Positions 55,738 through 64,000 of a stretch of 64,000 nt of DNA are shown here, piece by piece. Positions within the stretch are counted from its first letter, which is position 1. Every line of letters begins with the position of its first letter. This DNA comes from Epithemia pelagica (Eukaryota > Protista > Bacillariophyta). Location: the NCBI GenBank assembly GCA_946965045.2, contig OX337238.1, forward strand, positions 1,922,001-1,986,000. Direction: 5' to 3'. The notes under the pieces were generated by a model, which did no database searches, was not told the DNA's origin, and worked only from the letters and a program-made list of their open reading frames with translations. The translations under genes were made by a program, and so were the position numbers.

Positions 55738-57555
55738 TCAATAAATCATGTTCTTGAGCTCTTGGTAGTTGCTGGACGCTGCTGCCTCACACATTGAGCG
55801 TAAAGTAACGTGCAGCTGCAGTTCTTCGTCCCAAGCTATTTTTGCTGCATGAAAATTTCCTTGCCCTATTTCCGACAACTTTCTCCATATCCTCCGCCCT
55901 CCGGAATTTACAGCAGCTACAGTCTTGACTAACGATTCCAAATCATCCTGGGGCAAGGGATGACGTGGGCTACCATCAATAACAGCTGCCAAGGCTCGTT
56001 CGCTGGCGAAACGAAAGGTGCCTTCAAATTCTGGAGGGCAGGAATCTGACTCGGTAGTACAGGCAAAGCCCCAATCTATGAGATACACTTTACCCTGTCC
56101 ATCTTCCATTACATTCTCGGGACGGACATCACGATGGACAACACCAGCTAGGTGGGCCTGCTCCAGACAGTCCAAAAGATGAGTGACTTGGTCGACTGTG
56201 AATGTTCCTGTGAATGGTCGTAGTAATTTGTTGAAGAAGAGGACGCCATCCGTAACCTTGGTGCTTGAAAGCAAACCAGGGACACTTTCCCGCTGAAGAT
56301 GGTCCAATATTCGCATCTCATGGTCTGCTAGGTATTCAAATCCTTTTTTCATTACCTTTACGACTCCTTCTGTGCCTCCCAGCTTTGCAAAGTAGACTGT
56401 AGAGGTAGCTCCCTCGCCAACCCGATACAGAATTGCCAGCTTCTGAGAGCATTCTGTCTGATCATAATTTGGAAAGTTCCGGCCTAGCTCAGCGGACGTT
56501 TTTGTCAACATCGTGAGTAGCTGACGTTGCCCATCTTGATATGGTTCCAATGACGCTGGTTTCGAGATCCTGGTGATAAATTCGCCGTTTACTTCTTCCG
56601 TCTTGGCCCACCGGATGGTTTTGTCCCCTCCACTACAGTGAAACAAGGCTGTGAAAGCGACTTCTCGCCCCCTTTGGATACAAAGTATTCGCTCTCCGTA
56701 ATCTACAATCTCCATTTGGTCGGAACCAACAAAGCTCTTCTTTTGCTCGAAAGCTATTGCCACATCGTACTTTGATGGGGGAAGTTTTACGCCTTCGGAC
56801 GGAGCAGCGACCAAAGGATCGCCAGCAATAAGATCTGTTGTACAGAAATCTGGTTCCACACCCGCCGAGATCCCATCATCCAGCTTGAGCCAGTGACCAC
56901 TTTTCGTCCAGAATACTCGCTGGTGGATCATGATATTGGCCGACTCAGCCGAGTCAATCAGCTTCTTGGTCTCTCGAAGAAAATAAGGATGATGAGTTGT
57001 ATTCTCGTCTGCTTTGATTGATGGTCCATCTTTCACAAAAGCAGTGGTCTTTATTGCTTTCTCCAATGGAAAGAAGAAATTGTGCCCACAGGAAATTCGA
57101 TTTTTCGTGATGGCGTTGGAAAATGCATGGCTCTTTGATATATAGGAAAGAGTTCGTTTCGGGCGCCCTCTGTCTTCGATAATGCGATGTTTAACGACCA
57201 GAGCCTCAAGGATTTGCTCTGCGTTCCTTTTGAGGATGCTTTCATTTGTTGTCTCAACTGAAAGCTGCTGCTGTTCCACAATCAAACAAAAGCATCATGT
57301 CAGCTGACAAAGCAACAATTAAAATCGAATACAGATACACAAATAGAAATTCAAACTTACTGGTGCGATTGCCGCCTGGATAGGTGGACCCTTCCTGTAT
57401 GTGCCGCCGGGCACGAGGGATGCAAAGCCGCCTATTTCTATGCCATTGGTATCTTCAAGGCACTCCACGCCCTTTCGATTTATGTAGCCGTTGTATTCTT
57501 GCTGATTGGAGAGTAGTAAAGGTTTGCCATCAACAGTGATTAGCTTGCCCTCCAT
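55738..57555 (-). CDS. Crinkler-like header + PD-(D/E)xK nuclease + protein kinase, paralogue of 48882-50852 (exons 57555-57361, 57270-55738)
   Basis: Same motifs intact (VEPDF, AFEQKK, VGEGATSTV, HRDVRPEN, DWG, DDLE). 90-bp phase-0 intron; header ends LVPGGTY. Confidence 0.85.
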
Positions 57556-57756
57556 GGTGTTGTTCCAATCTTTCTGTGGTACTCCTAATTACCTTTTCAA
57601 CAAAAACCTATTCATTTCGCCGACTCACGAGGGAGTGTGAGGTTTCCTATCTTCTATCACCGAACTGCTGACGTTCCCTACTCTTCCTTCCCTACATCTC
57701 TCGGTTTCAGTTGTACTGTTTTCAGTTTTGCTGACGTCACTGTAGAGATTAAAGTA

Positions 57757-60700
57757 TTTAGACTACACCAGGCCGGCGCGTTAGCGAACGGAAGTAGAAT
57801 ACTTCCGAAAACCTAGGTTGATAGATGGAAACTAAACTAACCTTCACACTCTTTGCTGTTTCGGTTTTCTGATACACACCTACGAAGCCGTGTCTTCACC
57901 ATCTGGTTCCGATTTCACCAAGGTTGCATCCGGAAGCATTTTGAAATTTCGCCGCCAAGACGACGAGAATCGAAAAGCCAAAAGATCTAGTGCACCTCTT
58001 CTTCCCTTCCCCGCGGTAGCCAATAAGTCCAAGCCCGACAGCGAGTCCTTGTTCCTTGTTCCTACTGCCCTGCAGAGAAGATGAAGCTCTCCACCTTGTC
58101 CATCGCGCCTCCTATTGAAGACGTAGCCGAAGCGGGTACGACCGGATCCGGCCAAGAGACCAATAACAACGACCTTAATCGCAGGGAGGAAAAACTGCGA
58201 TTGCTGGTACAAGTCTTGGCCGAAGAAGTCTCGGAAAGGTTCGTGCCTGCCCCAACTGCAGACGAACGCACTGTTGACGCTATCAACGGTATTGGTGACT
58301 TTAAAACCCGATGCCGGTGGGCTGAGTTCTGGAGAAACGACCATAAGGATCGTGTGGAAACAGAGCAAGCCGTCTGGGCGAGCTACTACCACAACAATCC
58401 AACACTTCTCTCGGACGCCCAATGGGACCGCTCCCTCATGGACCCCGAGTGGCAGTGGCCCGACCCCTACTCAAAGAAGAACTACGAAGAGGAACTTGAG
58501 GAAGAAGAAGAGAACCTTTTCACTTCGGGTTTTATGAGCGGTGTGAAACCAGAGCACAAAAAGAAAAGTGCCCCCATCGGCTCAAACGAACTCGAATGCT
58601 TCCTTAAACAAGTTGAAGAGGCTATCATTGCCGAATCCTTAGCCAACAAGAAGAATCGAAACGAGAACAAACTCTCCCTCGAATTCAAAGACCTGCTAAC
58701 ACAACAACTAAAAGAGCACGACATGGTCGTAATCCCGACCGACAAAACCAACTCCTTCACAATCATGTCGACACGCCAGTACGCCAAAGAAATCAAGATC
58801 CACCTTTCCAAAAGCGCCGTCAAAATCCCGAAATCCAAACTCAGCGAAATCGTCGATAACTGCTACGCGTTCCTCACCGAACTCGATCCATACCTCTCCA
58901 CCAACGAACGGACCTTTCTAAAGGAGAAAATTGAATCGAAAGCAGTCCCCAATCCAAAGATCCTCGTCAAAAACCACAAGAAACAAAACGCCGACGGTAC
59001 ATTCCCAACCCGCCTAGTCGTACCAGCAACGAATTTCACAGCCGGCTTCCCCAAGATTGGTTACCTTGGAATCAAACACCTCCTCGACAAGTACGAGGTG
59101 GACTACGGCTCCAAAAACATCATCCAATCCTCCGATCTGAAACAGAAACTCGAATCCCTCCCCTTCAACATGTCCAACTCCACAATTGTGTCCGTAGACG
59201 CCGAAGCTATGTACCCGTCCATAAAATTCCAACTAATTTATGACGCGGTACAATACTACGCTGAGACTCTACCACCCGAGACACACAAGACAATCAACCT
59301 TTGTTTGGACTTAATCTTTTTTGGCATGACCAATACGATCATCGCCTTCAAGGACAAATATTTCCTATACGATGGTAACCTAAAACCTGAAGAAAGATGT
59401 CTCACGATCGGAGGCTACGAGTCAGCTTGGCTTGCCGACCTCGTCGTTTCGTTCCTTCTCGAAGCAACTTACGACACAATGTTTGACCCGATGCACTACT
59501 TTGGAATCTACCGAGACGACGGCTTAGCCGTCTTCAAAGGGAAACAATCTACGAATGAAATTCAAGAATGGATTGAGGCCTTTCAACAAGACATCAACGA
59601 CATTGCAGGCAACGACTTCCTGAAGTTCACCGCCACTATTTGGGACCCCTTGAACGAGCACAACCCAGACTCCATCACCAACAAATCAGTTTCCATTGAG
59701 AAAACGCAAGCCTTCCCCTTCCTAGATATGGAAATGTTCTGGCACGACAACGGAAAACTTGCCTACAGAGTCCATCTGAAACCGAACCAACAACTCAAAT
59801 ACCTCAATAGAGGTAGCGCTCACACCCCGGGATGCTTCAAAGCAATCCCAAATGGGGTGATGAAACGCCTGACAAAACTAACCTCGGTGGATGAAAGTAA
59901 CTACGACTCCAAATTGGAAGAACTCTACCCCGTCCACTTCGCAGCCCTTGAACATTCCAAACTTGTCAAACCAAACACAACCCCCACTCTGGGCGAACTA
60001 ACCAAGAAAATGGAAGAAGAAAAACTGGACACTGTTTCACAAGCTCTCAAAAAACGACGCGAGAGAGACCGCAAACGAGCTATTTATTTCAAGATTGGGT
60101 ATTCCGACTTTTGGAAAAAACCAATCCACAAGACGCTCAAAGAAATCAAAAGCCGATTCCCGTCGTTGTCCTGGTTGAGGATTTCGATGTCCTATCACCG
60201 GTTCACCAACATCCGGGAGCATTTTCAAGGAGATCTCAACTCCAAGTTAAATGACGGACTACGATCCTTGGATTTTGAAGATCTGGACTGTAACTGCCGG
60301 AACCGTGAAGCCTGCCCCTACGGAGGCTTCTGCAGACGTTCCATCGTGGTCTACAAAGCCACCTGCCTCAAAACCGGCAAGCAGTACATTGGCAACACTC
60401 AACAACACGTAAAGAAAAGGATCCAACAACATGTCCAAGACGTGAAGCAACTGGTTCTCAAGAACAAGAGCTCTGATTCGTTTGCTAGCCACTTCGCCTG
60501 TTTCATTCCCAGAGAAACCGAGAAGAAGGAAATCAAGAACCACGTCCGACTCAAAGTGGACATACTCTGGCAAGGCAAACCGCTTTCCACTGTAAAAGCC
60601 TTTGGGACAAAGTCCTGCAAACTCTGCGCACGAGAACGCTTGGAAATCCTCAAATTCACGAGCAAACACCCCAACCTAGCAATCAACAAATGCAACGAAA

Positions 60701-61250
60701 TCTACGGAGCATGCCGCCACAAACCGCGGTTTCACCGGTTCCCACCCAACAACAACGCCCCCAGCACTGATGAGTGGACGAACGACGAAAGAGTCTTAGT
60801 CTGTCGCCCAGTGTCTACCTCGTCGTCCCAGTCAAACACCTCGTTTTTCTCGTGGACCTCCTCCCAGTCGCCTACCGCTCGACTTTCAACCTCAAATGAT
60901 GACTTTGATCAAGGATTGGATGGGAGGAGCAGCAGTATCCTAGATATTGTGCCCCCCATGACCTACCAAGAACGACGGATCGAAGGACTCCGCGCTAGGT
61001 TCGGTTTTAGCACACCAAAGGACACGCCTCCAGTGGTGGTCCATGGCGAAAACGACCTAGAGGAACTAACCCCGACCGACCCCTTGACTACTGATGAGTT
61101 TGATACGAGCGACCAGGTGCGAGTGGAGGGAGTTTAGACTACACCAGGCCGGCGCGTTAGCGAACGGAAGTAGAATACTTCCGAAAACCTAGGTTGATAG
61201 ATGGAAACTAAACTAACCTTCACACTCTTTGCTGTTTCGGTTTTCTGATA
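57757..61250 (+). mobile_element. Penelope-like element with identical 118-bp terminal direct repeats (57757-57874, 61133-61250)
   Basis: RT plus GIY-YIG ORF flanked by pseudo-LTR-type repeats; no TSD seen. Confidence 0.92.
58081..61137 (+). CDS. Penelope-like RT + GIY-YIG endonuclease (1018 aa), apparently intact
   Basis: PTDKT, PTRLVVP, SVDAEAMYPSI, LTIGGYES, YRDDG, PFLD; VVYKATC...QYIGNT...KRIQQH. Confidence 0.93.
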   Translation: MKLSTLSIAPPIEDVAEAGTTGSGQETNNNDLNRREEKLRLLVQVLAEEVSERFVPAPTADERTVDAINGIGDFKTRCRWAEFWRNDHKDRVETEQAVWASYYHNNPTLLSDAQWDRSLMDPEWQWPDPYSKKNYEEELEEEEENLFTSGFMSGVKPEHKKKSAPIGSNELECFLKQVEEAIIAESLANKKNRNENKLSLEFKDLLTQQLKEHDMVVIPTDKTNSFTIMSTRQYAKEIKIHLSKSAVKIPKSKLSEIVDNCYAFLTELDPYLSTNERTFLKEKIESKAVPNPKILVKNHKKQNADGTFPTRLVVPATNFTAGFPKIGYLGIKHLLDKYEVDYGSKNIIQSSDLKQKLESLPFNMSNSTIVSVDAEAMYPSIKFQLIYDAVQYYAETLPPETHKTINLCLDLIFFGMTNTIIAFKDKYFLYDGNLKPEERCLTIGGYESAWLADLVVSFLLEATYDTMFDPMHYFGIYRDDGLAVFKGKQSTNEIQEWIEAFQQDINDIAGNDFLKFTATIWDPLNEHNPDSITNKSVSIEKTQAFPFLDMEMFWHDNGKLAYRVHLKPNQQLKYLNRGSAHTPGCFKAIPNGVMKRLTKLTSVDESNYDSKLEELYPVHFAALEHSKLVKPNTTPTLGELTKKMEEEKLDTVSQALKKRRERDRKRAIYFKIGYSDFWKKPIHKTLKEIKSRFPSLSWLRISMSYHRFTNIREHFQGDLNSKLNDGLRSLDFEDLDCNCRNREACPYGGFCRRSIVVYKATCLKTGKQYIGNTQQHVKKRIQQHVQDVKQLVLKNKSSDSFASHFACFIPRETEKKEIKNHVRLKVDILWQGKPLSTVKAFGTKSCKLCARERLEILKFTSKHPNLAINKCNEIYGACRHKPRFHRFPPNNNAPSTDEWTNDERVLVCRPVSTSSSQSNTSFFSWTSSQSPTARLSTSNDDFDQGLDGRSSSILDIVPPMTYQERRIEGLRARFGFSTPKDTPPVVVHGENDLEELTPTDPLTTDEFDTSDQVRVEGV

Positions 61251-61348
61251 TTCCCATTAATCTGTTCGTCTGAGTTCAGTATGAACGGGACGGGTGGGCC
61301 GTAAGGCTTGGGGTCTGGGGTGGGAATTTCCAGAAAGACCAGCTGTAA

Positions 61349-63165
61349 GGCCGTTCCTTACGCCAAACCAAACCAAACCTGAATCCTCAAATTTCACCAT
61401 CATGACGCCATATATCCGGGTATTTTGGCTTTTCAGGTTTGGTTCAGATTATTTTGAACCAAACCTGATATCAGGTTTGGTTCAGATTGGCGCGTTTACC
61501 AAACCTGAAACACACTAGGGATAAAGTTTTCGTTATACTAATGTACACCTTTCATGCAGTTTCGAATTCGACTTGGCATGCGTGCGTTGAACTCCAACGG
61601 TCACACGTCCCCCTATCTCTAATGAAATGAGACGACATGTGTACGATGGAATTCTTTTAGTATTCAATTTAACTGTCCGATCCGGCGGGTGTATAACTTC
61701 TGTCATCCATCCGACATTTTTCTTTTTTCATTTTAGTTTTTACTTGAAATTATATTCAGTTTTTTTCTCTAAAAGCAGTAATTATAACGTCCATAGCAAC
61801 TGTCATAACTGGCTTCGCGCAAGGTTGCTACTACGTCACGTCACGGGCCACAACCGTGACGTGACGCCGTCAAATAATGACGGGAATATGTTCCCGTCAG
61901 GTTTTTCCCGTCACTTTCGTCAATTTTGGGATATTGATAAGACAAAAGGGATGTATGATAGAAATATGATGTTTTGACTGTATTTTTCATGATTAATGGT
62001 CTCTGATGTCTGTAAATGGTGCCTGAAGTGGACGGAAGCTCCACTTCGTCTCCTTTTCCAAGGATGAATCCCCAAAGTTTGTCCTTGTCCCGTCACAGTA
62101 GTGGTTCTGACATCCAACCACGGTAAGTCAACATCGATCATGCACACATAATACTTATGACCATGCATGATCATCAATGGTTGATTGTTGCTCATTCCTT
62201 GGATCACTTTGGATGCCATTTTTGTGCGTTTCTCGACGTATCTGTTTGCCTACAAAAGATCCACAAAGATTTTTTTGTTTCCCGTCACTTTTTTTCATTC
62301 CCGTCATTCGTCACAGCCTGATGGCCTGACGTGACGTCGTCAATTTTACGTCACGTCACGTGACGTGCGTCAATTGTGACGTCGTCACAGTAGCATCCTT
62401 GCTTCGCGCGCTTCGCCCTGGATACGGAGCACGACGCGAAGAAATCCCACACAAGGATGAACAGTGAACACACACGTGAAACAGAAAAAAACATGCACAA
62501 CACACAAGACAAGTGGCAATGGCCCACAACAAGGAAAGCTCTTAGTACATTGACTGCAACTAAAATACAAGCATAGTCAACTCTATATGTATCTAGGTAC
62601 TCCTCCTATTTGTTTAGGCTTCCTGGCCCTATCCATTGTATTGTGTCCTTCCTTAGACTCTGATGTCGTCCACACACTGGTTGATTGTCATCTTGTCATT
62701 TTTCATCCTTCTTCTCATTCGGTTGATTGCCGCGTTTACTGATGATCCAGGGGGTAGATCTTGACAGTAGTATTCATGCTATGGTCATTCATTTTGCTGG
62801 ATTGTTCGATTTTGTTGCAGCCCCATTGTCATTTCTTGTGGTTCGTCGAAAAGTGAAAAGTGAGACGATTCATGGCACAAAATACGAGGCGAGGCCGGCG
62901 TTCAGATTTAACGATCGAAGGCAGGCTGACGATTTGACATGGCAGGCGCTTTCGAAAAAAAAACAAGAGGCCAAAGTTGGGCAACGCACGAAGGACAGAA
63001 AATATACACCTCTTGAATCGTTCCCCAAATGGGGGAAGTTGGGGGACGAGGCGCGGTCTCTGACTTTGGTTTGGTTGAGTGTAAGGACGGCAAATCGCAC
63101 CTTTTTCCAAACAAATCCTGGAAAGGTCTTCACAGGTTTGGTTTGGTTCGGCGTAAGGAACGGCC
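61349..63165. mobile_element. Non-autonomous PIF/Harbinger element, 1817 bp
   Basis: 33-bp TIR GGCCGTTCCTTACGCCAAACCAAACCAAACCTG (1 mismatch at 63133-63165); TAA duplication at 61346-61348 and 63166-63168. Confidence 0.9.
61819..62402. mobile_element. Possible nested inverted-repeat element with CGTCAC/GTGACG subterminal arrays
   Basis: 13-bp IR GCAAGGTTGCTAC / GTAGCATCCTTGC (1 mismatch), with TTCGC on both flanks. Confidence 0.5.
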
Positions 63166-64000
63166 TAAGGGCTGGGTCATCGATTTGACTGCACGTTTTG
63201 AAAATGCTAAGGGGCCGTATAGGGTTAAGGATTTCATCAAAGATTTTCAAATTGCGCGGTGATTTCCCTCACATTTTCTTTCGCAATGACCATGGCGGTC
63301 TTCCATTGTTGATTGTGAGCCCCGTAGTCAAAAGTAACTGCACAAAATATCATAGGGAGCAAGATAAGTCTTCAAGGAACACATTGATGCCATTTTGTGC
63401 AGTTACTTTTTCGAAATGAGCTCTAAAATGGAAGATTCCGAAGCCATCACGAAAGCTCTACAACGTAGTTGAATGATCAGGACAAAGAGATGCTACTCAG
63501 CGCAGATCAACTTGCACCTTAGTGATCTTGCAAATCCTTTCCTCCATTGATGCTTCTGTCAGTGATCCAGTCCACATGCCCTGACCCTCTTTCGATGTTT
63601 TACCAACTAGATTCTTGTACCTTTTAGGCCTATATGGGAGAAGTGGAAAGTCTTCAGTCGAGAAGCACCCTTATCTCTTATATTTCATGCAGATGGCTCT
63701 ACCTAGCTTGCCACAGATGATAATGTAGGTGTTACAACATCCCGTCTTTTTCAATGACTCGAATGCTGGACCAAAGTTGGGCAGGCAAAGGGCGACTCTC
63801 TGATGTTGGCCAACTCGGGACTGAGGCATTTCTGCCGCTCCTGTCTTTTAACCATATGCTCTCGATCTCCAGTACCGTCGTGAAGATACTTCCAATATGG
63901 ATGGAAGCAGCCCACTCAGTCGCACAGCTTTTTGTTGGAAGTGGAGCATCGGTGGGAGGGTATAGCCATGGTTCGCCCAAAAATTGCGGAGCAAGACGTA

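Noticed and set aside
57770-57790. GGCCGGC start reminiscent of an HDV-like ribozyme
   Set aside because: No P1 partner strand or nested pseudoknot was found; it is a short palindrome.
61287-61324. Six G-tracts, a potential G-quadruplex between the Penelope and Harbinger elements
   Set aside because: The motif is real but has no contextual support for function.
63400-64000. Degenerate minus-strand coding-like sequence at the window end
   Set aside because: Multiple stops in all frames and no identifiable domain.

Overview
This is eukaryotic nuclear DNA, most likely from a pennate diatom. That is an inference from short GT-AG introns, a bipartite plastid-targeting-like presequence on a lycopene cyclase, and a diatom-type Copia element. 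Bases 3-34 kb are gene-rich: HMG-box factor, GINS Psf3, HSF, an AlkB-like/glycosyltransferase-like fusion, a dual-specificity phosphatase/atypical kinase fusion, GRDP/DUF1399, MATE, lycopene cyclase, LRR protein, LITAF and a broken PDAT. The window carries many mobile elements: PIF/Harbinger MITEs and termini (TTA/TAA TSDs), a decayed tyrosine-recombinase (DIRS/Ngaro-like) retrotransposon, a full-length recent Ty1/Copia element with identical LTRs, a 5'-truncated Ty3/Gypsy, and a Penelope-like element. Bases 45-57.5 kb hold a same-strand cluster of Crinkler-like PD-(D/E)xK nuclease/kinase genes. The most striking signal is in the Copia element. Gag and pol are in one frame, split by a single UGA in a UGA-CGG-UUA context and followed 8 nt later by an ~80-nt extended stem-loop, which matches the architecture of viral stop-codon readthrough cassettes. 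The same element has non-canonical CG...CG LTR ends. All calls come from manual reading and motif recognition; no database searches were run.
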